Below, piece after piece: positions 1-8,931 of a stretch of 39,705 nucleotides of DNA (position 1 is the stretch's first letter; each line of letters starts with the position of its first letter). The notes below the pieces were generated by a model that had not been told where the DNA came from, did no database searches, and saw only the letters and a program-made list of their open reading frames with translations. Location of the stretch: IMG/VR virus record IMGVR_UViG_3300025174_000056; one strand, written 5' to 3'. Both the position numbers and the translations under genes were made by a program. This stretch comes from a virus.

Positions 1-165
1 CCTTTTCTCATTCTATAAAGGGAAAACCATGTCTTTGAAGGGTATGTCCTACCTAGGCATTCTCTTATCCTATAAAGTAAGATAATGTCGTATTAGTAAT
101 AAATACTATGCTCCCGCGCTGAGTGTGGAACATTCGGTAATATGTAAGGGAAAACCAAGGTTAAA

Positions 166-222
166 AGCGCTCGGAAAGGCGTCTCGAAGGCGTCTCGGAG
201 AGGCGTCTGGAGAGGCACCTCA
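166..222 (+). repeat. Degenerate direct repeats AGGCGTCT / AGGCACCT
   Basis: AGGCGTCT at 177, 188 and 201; AGGCACCT at 213. Spacings 11, 13 and 12 bp are not codon-periodic. Confidence 0.65.
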
Positions 223-464
223 GAGAATATCTTCTAACCTCTCGGAATTATGGGGGAATAGTCGCGCAAGTGAAACCCGTTGGCCCGTCCCTTGCCCCGC
301 CCCAGGGGCGGAGGGCGCGTGCCCCACGGTTCGCTAGCGCGAGAATACCCCTAGAAGACGAGAAAAGCAAGAGAGAAAAACCCGCAATCGATGCGGAACG
401 CTGGAATAAGGCATTACCCGGCATTATAGGATAATCCCTTAACAACAAAAGACGACAAAAGTAC

Positions 465-493
465 TTGCGCTGACCAGCGAAAGCTGCTAGGGT
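465..493 (+). promoter_or_regulatory. Putative sigma70-type early promoter
   Basis: TTGCGC (465-470), 17-bp spacer, TAGGGT (488-493) with extended -10 TG at 485-486; upstream of the first rightward gene. Confidence 0.5.
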
Positions 494-649
494 CGATTCC
501 GTGACGCGGCGAACCCTTATCCTCGTCCTGCTCTCAGGGTTTCTTCTATCATCGTGTAGTTATTCCAAAACTATTCATAGAAGAAAAGAAATTGTTTGTC
601 GAACAGATAGATTTACGAAACAAACTATCTGTAGAGAAAGGTAAGATTA

Positions 650-889
650 ATGCCTTCATTTAGATATGCACGTAATTTCATCTTTGAATCTGAATTAGAG
701 AGCCTTGTAGTGCAAAGATGGCTTTGGAATCTTGGAGCTGAAGATATATGTTTGGTCTCAGCATGGATTAATCGAAATGAAAAAAAATTTGTTCTACAAT
801 GGCTTCAAGGCCCTGAAGAATATAGAGTTTGTGATTTTCTAGAGAGTAGCCAGTATCAGAGCGACTTGGATGAACTTAATAGGAGGTAA
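650..889 (+). CDS. Hypothetical protein (79 aa)
   Basis: RBS GAAAGG upstream; closely coupled to the helicase gene. Confidence 0.65.
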   Translation: MPSFRYARNFIFESELESLVVQRWLWNLGAEDICLVSAWINRNEKKFVLQWLQGPEEYRVCDFLESSQYQSDLDELNRR

Positions 890-894
890 GACTA

Positions 895-2355
895 ATGTCT
901 TCAGAAAAGATTTGGAATCAGTTTCAAAATAGTATTTTCTCTTTTGTTGAAGATTCGACAAAAGGAAATTTAATTATCGTAGCCCGGGCTGGAACGGGTA
1001 AGTCAACAACGATTCTTGAAGCCGGGAAAAGAATTAACGAAGTCAATCCTTCAGCTTCGATTCTTTATTCGGTGTTCAACAATGCTAATTCAAAAGAACT
1101 TAATTCCAAAATTAAGGAAAAGGGAATTAAGAATGCAAATGCTCAAACATTTCATTCTTTGGGTTTCGCTGCTCTGAAATCTGAGAGAGAATATGTTCTT
1201 GTAGAAAATAATAAGGTCTACAAGACTCTCAAAGAAATGCCACGGAATCTACAATCGAAGATTTGGCCTTTCTATTCGAAGGTCAATAGATTGATTTCAT
1301 TTCAACGAAATCTTCTAATAAATGATCTTGATTCTCTTGCTTCTGTAGCGGAAGCATTCAATCTTTGGTATCCGAAAGAGGCTGGCCCACGAGACATGGC
1401 TGATATGGCCATGAGCATTATCCATAATCTCGATGGAAATGATGATGTCATTAATTATGATGAGATGATTTATCTTCCGGCAAGAGCCGGAATGTTTGCT
1501 AAGAAGTATGACATTATTTTCATTGATGAAGCTCAAGATTTGAATCCAGCGCAAAATGCAATTATCATGGCATGTGTTCATGAGAATAGTAGAGTCATTG
1601 CCGTTGGCGATGATAGACAAGCTATTTATGGCTGGCGCGGAGCAAATTCAGATTCGATGAACCTTCTCCAAAATAAATTAAATGCTCAGATTTTGTCTTT
1701 ACCAATCACTTATAGGTGCGGCAAGAAGATAGTCGAGAAAGCGAAACTATTGGTCCCGGATTATGCTTTCGCTGAAGCTAATTGTGAAGGTAACATCGAA
1801 GATATAGATATGTCTTTAATGCTATCCAGGGCTTCGCCCGGAGACTTCATTCTTTCACGAACAAACAAAGCTTTGTCAAGCATCGTGTGTTCTCTTATTA
1901 AGAATAACAAGCCCTTCGTTATTCTTGGTAAAGATATTGGAGCGGCGATTCTTGCGCTGGTAAAGAAGTCAAAAGCTTCGTCTTTGGTTTCTCTGCTTAG
2001 ATTCATTGAATCTGAAAAGTCTCGGTGGATTAATGCTATCGAAGATAAAGACCCAGATAAATTGGGAAAACTTCTCGATGAGCTCTCTTCATATGGAGAG
2101 CTTGTCAATCAATTCATTGAAGAAAATTTGAGCATCGAAGATTTCAATACTCGAATTTCGTATCTATTTGGAGATGAATTTGAAGGTATTCCAGTTGGAA
2201 AAATTATTCTTTCAACTGTGCATAAGATTAAGGGTAAGGAATCGAAGTCAGTATTCATCATCAATAATACATTCAAAACTTCCTCGAAAGAGGAAGAAAA
2301 TATCTTTTATGTCGCAATCACGCGTGCCATAGAAAACCTTTATGTTGTATCCTAA
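895..2355 (+). CDS. UvrD/Rep-like superfamily 1 DNA helicase
   Basis: Walker A ARAGTGKS, DEAQD, VGDDRQAIYGWRGA, TYRCG, STVHKIKGKE and YVAITRA motifs; RBS AGGAGG. Confidence 0.93.
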   Translation: MSSEKIWNQFQNSIFSFVEDSTKGNLIIVARAGTGKSTTILEAGKRINEVNPSASILYSVFNNANSKELNSKIKEKGIKNANAQTFHSLGFAALKSEREYVLVENNKVYKTLKEMPRNLQSKIWPFYSKVNRLISFQRNLLINDLDSLASVAEAFNLWYPKEAGPRDMADMAMSIIHNLDGNDDVINYDEMIYLPARAGMFAKKYDIIFIDEAQDLNPAQNAIIMACVHENSRVIAVGDDRQAIYGWRGANSDSMNLLQNKLNAQILSLPITYRCGKKIVEKAKLLVPDYAFAEANCEGNIEDIDMSLMLSRASPGDFILSRTNKALSSIVCSLIKNNKPFVILGKDIGAAILALVKKSKASSLVSLLRFIESEKSRWINAIEDKDPDKLGKLLDELSSYGELVNQFIEENLSIEDFNTRISYLFGDEFEGIPVGKIILSTVHKIKGKESKSVFIINNTFKTSSKEEENIFYVAITRAIENLYVVS

Positions 2356-2365
2356 AGGAGAATAA

Positions 2366-2566
2366 ATGAAAAATGAAATTATTTATAAAACTTCAGATGA
2401 TCTTCTTTGGGAAAATATTAGAAAGGAAATAACTACTATGTTTAGTGGTTTTAATATTTCTAAGAAAGGATGCGCATATACGATTGAATGGATAGATGGA
2501 CCGGAAATTTTTGATGTTTATGATATTATAGAAAATGGGAAAGAGCACATGTTGCGAACTATTTAA
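2366..2566 (+). CDS. Hypothetical protein (66 aa)
   Basis: RBS AAAGGAG; in operon. Confidence 0.7.
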   Translation: MKNEIIYKTSDDLLWENIRKEITTMFSGFNISKKGCAYTIEWIDGPEIFDVYDIIENGKEHMLRTI

Positions 2567-2600
2567 TTGACAATTATCATCGGCATCATTGATTAGATTA

Positions 2601-2673
2601 CCGCTAATAGCTCAGGGGTTAGAGCGCCAGCCTTATAAGCTGGAAGTCGATGGTTCAATTCCATCTTAGCGGA
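2601..2673 (+). tRNA. tRNA-Ile (anticodon UAU)
   Basis: Acceptor CCGCTAA/TTAGCGG; D arm GCTC..GAGC; anticodon stem CCAGC/GCTGG with loop CTTATAA (TAT at 2634-2636); T arm GATGG-TTCAATT-CCATC; CCA not encoded (followed by CTA). Confidence 0.9.
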
Positions 2674-2688
2674 CTAGGAGGAGAAGAA

Positions 2689-3399
2689 ATGTCAAGTTGG
2701 AATTGTGAGCAAGTGGAACGTATGAATGTTTTGGCAAATGATCCAGCAATGAAACTAGCATTTTATTGTTCGGACCAACATGGAAGGGCAATTAATGGAG
2801 GAACAAAAAATCTAATATGTTATGCTGGAGCTATTCATGAACTTGTAGAACCTTTGGAGCTATGTGGAAATGCATTGCACGCGACATATACGCCACATCA
2901 TTGGCGCGGGTGTCGTGTATGGGTTGTTGCTCTTCAGAACTCACGGATAGATGGTAATAAACTTGGAGCACTATACCGAGAAATAATTGGTGAAATATTA
3001 CCCGAAGATTGTATCTCAGCTTCAATTGGTGTACGTATTGGATTGCTTAATTTAAGCGGAGCAAGCCTTACGAATGCAAATCTTTCAAATGCGAATCTTT
3101 CAAATGTAAATCTTTGGAATGCGAATCTTTCGTATGCAAATCTTTGGAATGCGAATCTTTCAAATGCGAATCTTTCAAATGTAAATCTTTGGAATGCAAA
3201 TCTTTGGAATGCAGATCTTTTATATGCGAATCTTTCGTATGCAAATCTTTCGTATGCAAATCTTTCAAATGTAAATCTTTGGAATGCAAATCTTTCGTAT
3301 GCAGATCTTTCATATGCGAATCTTTCGTATGCAAATCTTTCAAATGTAAATCTTGGACATTGGTATCGAGCTTTAGATGGTTTCGCACGCCTAAAATAA
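2689..3399 (+). CDS. Pentapeptide-repeat protein with an N-terminal globular domain
   Basis: 20 A(N/D)L(S/W)(N/Y)-type units. Start moved to ATG 2689 (SD AGGAGG) because the track start at 2650 lies inside the tRNA. Confidence 0.88.
   Translation: MSSWNCEQVERMNVLANDPAMKLAFYCSDQHGRAINGGTKNLICYAGAIHELVEPLELCGNALHATYTPHHWRGCRVWVVALQNSRIDGNKLGALYREIIGEILPEDCISASIGVRIGLLNLSGASLTNANLSNANLSNVNLWNANLSYANLWNANLSNANLSNVNLWNANLWNADLLYANLSYANLSYANLSNVNLWNANLSYADLSYANLSYANLSNVNLGHWYRALDGFARLK
3061..3360 (+). repeat. 15-bp coding tandem repeat, about 20 copies (GCAAATCTTTCAAAT-like)
   Basis: Seen directly; encodes the pentapeptide units. Confidence 0.9.
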
Positions 3400-3400
3400 T

Positions 3401-4384
3401 ATGAAACAGAAACAAACATATCCTAATCTTGAGCCTGGAGGATATACTTCAGGCCGAGGTAGTTTTGTTTCTTTCTTAGGAAATATTCCGCCGGAACGTC
3501 GATCTTTACTATCTTATAAAGAATCTTCTATGCTAGCTTTAGGAACCACCGGAATGTTAGTTGCTCCCGGAGGCGTCGGGAAGACTCAGTTATTAACTCA
3601 GTTAGCAATTTCAATTTCTTCCGGTGAGGATTTTCTAAACAAATTCCATGTGGATTATCCTGGGCATGTATTCCTTTGTTGCGGCGAAGAAGATAATCAT
3701 GAAGTTCATAGACGAATTCATCATAGTCTCGTAGCTCTAAGTGCTAAATCTCAACAAGAGGCTATGTCTAAACTTTGGGCTCAAGGTCTTGCATCTTATC
3801 CTCTTGCTTTAATAGAGCAGATGGATATTAAACTTCAATCTACAATTAAACGTGATTGGGTTCCTAGCGATGCATTCAAAGAGCTATATCAATTGCTTGA
3901 GAAAACTGCTCTTGACCGAGCATTTTTTTGGCGATTAATAATTCTGGAACCAGCATCTAGATTCATGGGCCCGGTGGCAGAAGCCGATAACGGAGTAGCT
4001 ACTAAATTTGTTCAAATCTTGGAACAATTTACTACTTTGCCGGGCGCTCCCGTCGTATTAATTGCTCATCATGCTAATAAAGGTTCAACTAAAGGTGAAA
4101 CTGATCAAACGGCGGCAAGAGGTTCATCTGCTCTTACAGACGGAGTTAGATGGCAAGCAAATTTAGATAGAGTTTCTGTAGTTGATCCAGAGACAAAGAA
4201 GCTTAAAGTTGAACATTCATTTATTGATTTTAGAGTAGTTAAATGGAATTATGGACGTCTCCCGCCGGTCGTAGAATTAGAGCGGATAGATAACGGGGTC
4301 TTAGTTCCAAGAGTTAATGATAAAAAAGAAGCAAAAGAAGTATTGAAAGCATCTAAGGAGAAGAAAAATGTCAGTAAGTTATAA
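3401..4384 (+). CDS. AAA_25 / RepA-like (SF4-related) helicase-like ATPase
   Basis: Walker A APGGVGKT, Walker B region IILEPASRF, HHANK and RGSSALTDGVRW motifs. Confidence 0.82.
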   Translation: MKQKQTYPNLEPGGYTSGRGSFVSFLGNIPPERRSLLSYKESSMLALGTTGMLVAPGGVGKTQLLTQLAISISSGEDFLNKFHVDYPGHVFLCCGEEDNHEVHRRIHHSLVALSAKSQQEAMSKLWAQGLASYPLALIEQMDIKLQSTIKRDWVPSDAFKELYQLLEKTALDRAFFWRLIILEPASRFMGPVAEADNGVATKFVQILEQFTTLPGAPVVLIAHHANKGSTKGETDQTAARGSSALTDGVRWQANLDRVSVVDPETKKLKVEHSFIDFRVVKWNYGRLPPVVELERIDNGVLVPRVNDKKEAKEVLKASKEKKNVSKL

Positions 4385-4610
4385 GCCAACTGAAGTGATA
4401 CTTCATACAGGTAAACGTATTCAATTTCCAATTCGTCCATTTAGTTGGACAGATTTGGAAAAATATGTTCCGGCGATTGGAGAAATGATTGAAGTTTTCT
4501 TTGATGAATTTCATTTTTATATGCGTGTTGAATGTATTGAACAGCATGAACAGTTTTTGACTGCACAGATTTATGGTACAGTCATTGGCTGGCAAAGATT
4601 GGATATTTAA
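4368..4610 (+). CDS. Hypothetical protein (80 aa)
   Basis: RBS AAGGAG; overlaps its neighbours as expected in an operon. Confidence 0.7.
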   Translation: MSVSYKPTEVILHTGKRIQFPIRPFSWTDLEKYVPAIGEMIEVFFDEFHFYMRVECIEQHEQFLTAQIYGTVIGWQRLDI

Positions 4611-4852
4611 TGATAAAGCATAGTCTAAAGACAAAAGTTCCTTGTGCAGTACGCGGTTGTACTGGAATTAGAATTCTTTATGTACCAGTTTGTAAGAATT
4701 GTTGGGCAATCGTGCCCGACGAATTAAAGCAGAAATTAGGAGAAGCTCTTTCTGTATGGAATGAAGAAATTATTACTTCTCTAAATAGAGAAGTATTGAA
4801 ACATGGCACGGCGCGACTAGAAATTATGCGCCAGAATGGAATTAAAATATGA
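4610..4852 (+). CDS. Small putative zinc-finger protein
   Basis: CAVRGC-x10-CKNCW cysteine pattern; TAATG coupling to the upstream gene. Confidence 0.65.
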   Translation: MIKHSLKTKVPCAVRGCTGIRILYVPVCKNCWAIVPDELKQKLGEALSVWNEEIITSLNREVLKHGTARLEIMRQNGIKI

Positions 4853-4986
4853 AGACTGTTGGTTATATTAAGCAAGGAAACAGATATATTGAAATAGAAC
4901 TTCCTTCTAAGCAGAAGGATGATTTTTGGGTTCCACTATGTGTTATTACTCTTGTCGGAGCATTAGTTTTTGTCTATGGATTCTAG
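4849..4986 (+). CDS. Small membrane protein (45 aa), not in the ORF track
   Basis: ATGA overlap with the upstream stop; translates MKTVGYIKQGNRYIEIELPSKQKDDFWVPLCVITLVGALVFVYGF with a C-terminal hydrophobic helix; fills the gap exactly. Confidence 0.6.
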   Translation: MKTVGYIKQGNRYIEIELPSKQKDDFWVPLCVITLVGALVFVYGF

Positions 4987-5155
4987 CGATCTCTTGTATC
5001 TTATTTCTCGTCTTCAGTTTGAACTAGAGGAGTTACTTCATGAAGCTAAACATATGAATTTATCTATAATAGCACGAGATAGATATGGTAAATCTATTTC
5101 TGTTGATGAGTTTAATGTTTTAGTTCAATTTTCAGCTAAAGAACATAAAGTATAA
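4976..5155 (+). CDS. Hypothetical protein (about 59 aa)
   Basis: ATG at 4976 in the frame of the track ORF; fills the operon gap. Confidence 0.5.
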   Translation: MDSSDLLYLISRLQFELEELLHEAKHMNLSIIARDRYGKSISVDEFNVLVQFSAKEHKV

Positions 5156-5160
5156 AATTT

Positions 5161-6759
5161 ATGAATAAAGCTTATATCACATATGTTAATACTTCATTTT
5201 TTGGTATAAAGATACCATATAATGAACATTTTAATAAAGATATAAGACTTATTCCCGGCGCTAGATTTTCGAATAAATTAAAGACTTGGTTATTTCCTAA
5301 AGAACTTGTTTCAAGTATTGAAACACTAGCTAAAAACCATGAATTTAGTATTGCTAGCATTCCGAATACAAGTTCTAATCCGGGAATTCAGCAAGAATCA
5401 GCGCTATTCTTATTTCAAAAGCAGGCCGTAGATAAGATTCTAGAAAATCATGGTGGTTTACTTTCCTTTGAAATGGGGCTCGGAAAAACTCCAACATCCA
5501 TTATTGCAATTAATTCTCTTTTAGGTTCGGCGAAGAACATATTAGTAGTTTGTCCAGCGAATGTTAGACTTCAATGGATGAATCAATGGAAAAAATGGTC
5601 TCCAAAGGAATCTAGAAAAATATTTATCATTTCAAAGGGAAGTGATTATAGGTATATTGAAAATACGAATACGATTATAATTGTATCTTATGGCTTGCTC
5701 AATGTAGATATTCTCAAAACCATACCTTTCGGCGCAATAATTGCAGATGAATCTCAGGAAATTAAAAATTCAAAAGCTAAGAGAACTAAAGGTATGCTTG
5801 AACTTGCAGAGTTAAATAAAAATGCAATTAAACTTGCTTTGACAGGTACACCAATAAATGAGCCTAAAGATTTTTGGTCACAATTGAATTTTATTTATCC
5901 AGAAAGGTATGGTACTTATTGGACTTTCGTTCGGCGCTATTGTAACGTCTTTGATAATGGATATGGTTTAACTATTCAAGGGATTAATGAAGACAATAAA
6001 TTAGAATTTGAGAATAGAGTTACTCAAGTTTCTTGCCGAGTAACACGTTCAGATCTTCCACCGGGAACTATTCCACCATTGAATATCCATGTTGAGCATA
6101 TTGTTCCGGATGGAAATATTTTTATGGATGAAAAGCAATTTCAATCCCATAAAAATGTACTTGATTCTCATGTTCTTCTATGCGGATATAAGAAGATAGC
6201 ATCGGCCAGAGATAAAGTAAATAAATTACTTATTGAAGATAAAGAATCTCCAATATGTATACTTACATACCATATTGAAACAGCTAAACTCTTGGCTGAT
6301 TTCTTTAATACATCGTGCATAACGGGATTGACTTCAATTACAGAAAGGCAGCAAATAGCTGAATCAGTCATTAATAAGGAAGATGGACCAAGAATTTTGG
6401 TCTGTTCAATGAAGTCTATTGGAGTCGGCGTAGATTATCTTACACCATTTACACGAGTAGTCTTCGCTGAACTATATTGGTCTCCTATTGTTATGACTCA
6501 GGTAATTGGTCGTTTCAGTCGTCTATCTTCTCTATCGGGAACAGATATTTATTTTCTAGTTCTTCAAGGCACTATAGATGAATTAATTTCTAGTACCTTA
6601 AAGAGGAAAATAGATAATCTTAGCACAGTTATGAAGACAACAGAAGCTGAGCAGGCATTATCTAATACTTTCTCTATATCAGAGGATGAAGAAGAACAAT
6701 TTATATTAGCTTTAACTGATATAGCTTCTAGTTATGTAAGAACTGAATATGATGATTGA
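5161..6759 (+). CDS. SNF2-family (SF2) helicase with an N-terminal HARP-like domain
   Basis: EMGLGKT, VVCPA, IADESQEIKN, ALTGTP and QVIGRFSR motifs; N-terminal IPGARFSNKLKTWLFP resembles a HARP domain. Confidence 0.85.
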   Translation: MNKAYITYVNTSFFGIKIPYNEHFNKDIRLIPGARFSNKLKTWLFPKELVSSIETLAKNHEFSIASIPNTSSNPGIQQESALFLFQKQAVDKILENHGGLLSFEMGLGKTPTSIIAINSLLGSAKNILVVCPANVRLQWMNQWKKWSPKESRKIFIISKGSDYRYIENTNTIIIVSYGLLNVDILKTIPFGAIIADESQEIKNSKAKRTKGMLELAELNKNAIKLALTGTPINEPKDFWSQLNFIYPERYGTYWTFVRRYCNVFDNGYGLTIQGINEDNKLEFENRVTQVSCRVTRSDLPPGTIPPLNIHVEHIVPDGNIFMDEKQFQSHKNVLDSHVLLCGYKKIASARDKVNKLLIEDKESPICILTYHIETAKLLADFFNTSCITGLTSITERQQIAESVINKEDGPRILVCSMKSIGVGVDYLTPFTRVVFAELYWSPIVMTQVIGRFSRLSSLSGTDIYFLVLQGTIDELISSTLKRKIDNLSTVMKTTEAEQALSNTFSISEDEEEQFILALTDIASSYVRTEYDD

Positions 6760-6787
6760 AGCTATAAGAATATGAAAGGGCTAAATC

Positions 6788-7105
6788 ATGGATTCATATC
6801 TTGGATCTTTACATCAAGATCTTCTAGCTACACGAACAACTCAAGCATTAAAGTTAATTAAAATACATAACTATTTTCCTAGTACAGAATTAGCGTTTCC
6901 AGAACCTTTTTTATATAAAGAAGTTGAAGACTGTGCTTTGCATGTATTATACGCTAGTGTAAAAGGTGAATTTGTTCTTAGTTGTGTTATACTTCATAGA
7001 CAAGCTAAAATTCCTTCGATAGTATGTTATGATCTTACAGTAGAAGAAATTCAAGGTCTATTTGAGCAGTTTTTGCTAGATGCGGAGAAGGTAAATGGAA
7101 TATAA
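6788..7105 (+). CDS. Hypothetical protein (105 aa)
   Basis: RBS GAAAGGG; in operon. Confidence 0.65.
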   Translation: MDSYLGSLHQDLLATRTTQALKLIKIHNYFPSTELAFPEPFLYKEVEDCALHVLYASVKGEFVLSCVILHRQAKIPSIVCYDLTVEEIQGLFEQFLLDAEKVNGI

Positions 7106-7898
7106 TCTTAAGCTTAGTGGATCAGGTAATGGCATTTCTAGTATTCTTCCTTGGTTTGGATGTTCTCTCCAAGCATCTTTTAATCAAGAACGAACTAGCC
7201 CAGAAAGTCTTACTTTTACTAAGGAAGGTAAATATATTGGAATGCTATATCATGCATTTCTAGATATTTATTTTTCTAAAGGAGAAAGATTTAATCCAAC
7301 CCTGGTTAAATTTGTATCATCTACATGTGAACTTTCTATAAATGAAGATTGTAGAATTGAAGCAGAACGCCTTTTCCTTCACTATCAAGAAGATCATTTT
7401 ACACATTCTTCTGGAGAAGTTATATCTACTGAAGAACATTTTACAATAGATTCTTCAGTATTTAATCAACCAGGGCTTACAGCACAAATAGATAAAGTAA
7501 CTAGAGTTCTCGAATCTCATCTTCCAAATATAGAAAGGCAATATGGGCTTAGATTGACTCCAGGAATTTATTCTTGGGATTATAAACAACACGGCCGGCA
7601 AGATTCGACTTTGATAGAACAATATTTGAATTCAATTCAAGGATTCTTCTATCAGAAAGTATTACAGCATAAGTATGGAGATGGATATAAAGGCCATATT
7701 TTTGATGTTTGTATTCGTACTAAATCCCCACGATGCTTTTGTATTTACCAAGAATTGATAGATGAGCCTCAATCAATTTTGATAGATACTACTGTTGCTA
7801 GAGGTTTAGCTCTTAGATTTGCTCCAATAGCTAATCCAACCCGGTGCTATGATTGGGGTAGATTGTGCTCATATTTTAATACATGTTCTAGATATTAA
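7095..7898 (+). CDS. Cas4/AddB-like PD-(D/E)xK exonuclease with a probable Fe-S cluster
   Basis: EEHF, AQIDK, DYK and QGFFY nuclease motifs; one N-terminal Cys plus C-terminal C-x6-C-x5-C. Confidence 0.8.
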   Translation: MEYNLKLSGSGNGISSILPWFGCSLQASFNQERTSPESLTFTKEGKYIGMLYHAFLDIYFSKGERFNPTLVKFVSSTCELSINEDCRIEAERLFLHYQEDHFTHSSGEVISTEEHFTIDSSVFNQPGLTAQIDKVTRVLESHLPNIERQYGLRLTPGIYSWDYKQHGRQDSTLIEQYLNSIQGFFYQKVLQHKYGDGYKGHIFDVCIRTKSPRCFCIYQELIDEPQSILIDTTVARGLALRFAPIANPTRCYDWGRLCSYFNTCSRY

Positions 7899-7906
7899 GG
7901 AAAACT

Positions 7907-8113
7907 ATGAACGACACTGAAAAATTTCAAGAAGAAGAAGAAACAGATCATATGCTTCTATCTGAAATGAAAAAACAATATCTTCAGGCAGTACATACGT
8001 TGGCTGTAACTGTAGATACTTGGATTTCACTTTCTGGTGAAGATGAAATCCCGAAAGTAGTACTAGAAGCTCTGCATCTATATCGTATATCTTGTGCTAG
8101 GTATTTAACATGA
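7907..8113 (+). CDS. Hypothetical protein (68 aa)
   Basis: RBS AAGGAAAACT-ATG; ATGA overlap with the next gene. Confidence 0.7.
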   Translation: MNDTEKFQEEEETDHMLLSEMKKQYLQAVHTLAVTVDTWISLSGEDEIPKVVLEALHLYRISCARYLT

Positions 8114-8922
8114 TAAAATCTAGCAGAGAATTAACTCTAAAAGATTTGAATCTTTTATTCTATGGTCCGCCGGGAAGTGGTAAAACTTTTGTTGCTGCTT
8201 CAGCATCTAAGTATTGGCCAGAAGTACTTGAGAAAGTAAATACCTGGACAACACTTAAGGATCTACTGTCAATTTCAGTAGATGCGGGCGCGACTGATGG
8301 CTTGGCGCAATACAAACTTGAAGTACCTTCTATTTCTTTTACAGAAGTTATGAAGGAAACTGGTTCAGATGTAGCTGAGTCAATTAGAAAAATAACTGCC
8401 GAAGCTAAAAAGCATATTGAACTGGTAAATAAGACAGAATCAGATACTTGGATAGTAGTCGATACTATCTCTATGTTAGATCGGTATTTCACGGATTTTT
8501 ATGAGCCTTTATCTAAAGATGGATATACTCTTTACAGAAATGTATTAAATGCTCATAAGCGTCTATATTCATCTTTGTCTTTGATTCCATGTAAAAAGAT
8601 TTATTTATGCCATTCTAAAGCTTTTGTTGGTACAGATGACAAAGCAAAACTTCAAAGACAAGCAAAATCTGCTCTTGCCGCAGAAATATCTCCAGATATA
8701 ACAGGACAAGCTAATGTAATTTATATTGGTAATTGTTCACTTGAAGGAATTGTCCTCACTTCATCTTCTGGTGGGGATAGTCCAGTATATAAGAGGAAAA
8801 TTTATACACAAAATGTAAAAGGTTTTGAAGGAAAAAATAGATGGGAATCAATTCTCGGTAGAGAATTGGAGCCTAATGTACGAAAACTAGTTCAAACAAT
8901 TCAGAAAAATTTACAGGAATAA
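8110..8922 (+). CDS. AAA_24 / Sak4-like ATPase (single-strand annealing partner)
   Basis: LFYGPPGSGKT, VVDTISML and YLCH motifs; sits between an exonuclease and an SSB-like gene, the usual Sak4 context. Confidence 0.78.
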   Translation: MIKSSRELTLKDLNLLFYGPPGSGKTFVAASASKYWPEVLEKVNTWTTLKDLLSISVDAGATDGLAQYKLEVPSISFTEVMKETGSDVAESIRKITAEAKKHIELVNKTESDTWIVVDTISMLDRYFTDFYEPLSKDGYTLYRNVLNAHKRLYSSLSLIPCKKIYLCHSKAFVGTDDKAKLQRQAKSALAAEISPDITGQANVIYIGNCSLEGIVLTSSSGGDSPVYKRKIYTQNVKGFEGKNRWESILGRELEPNVRKLVQTIQKNLQE

Positions 8923-8931
8923 GAGGAAAAT

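Noticed and set aside
29-85. 18-codon ORF MSLKGMSYLGILLSYKVR after AAGGGAAAACC
   Set aside because: The apparent RBS is repeated at 146-157 without an ATG, so it is more likely the operator-like motif.
125-448. Track ORFs 125..337 (+) and 248..448 (-)
   Set aside because: No RBS, GC-rich low-information translation, and repeat spacings that are not multiples of three; better explained as non-coding control DNA.
2567-2599. TTGACA promoter for tRNA-Ile
   Set aside because: The -35 is perfect but there is no acceptable -10 at 16-18 bp (TAGATT is 21 bp away); left unsupported.
2934-3419. Alternative-frame ORFs over the pentapeptide repeat (2934..3419 -, 3068..3415 -, 3114..3404 +)
   Set aside because: They are shadows of the 15-bp periodicity, which removes stops from other frames.
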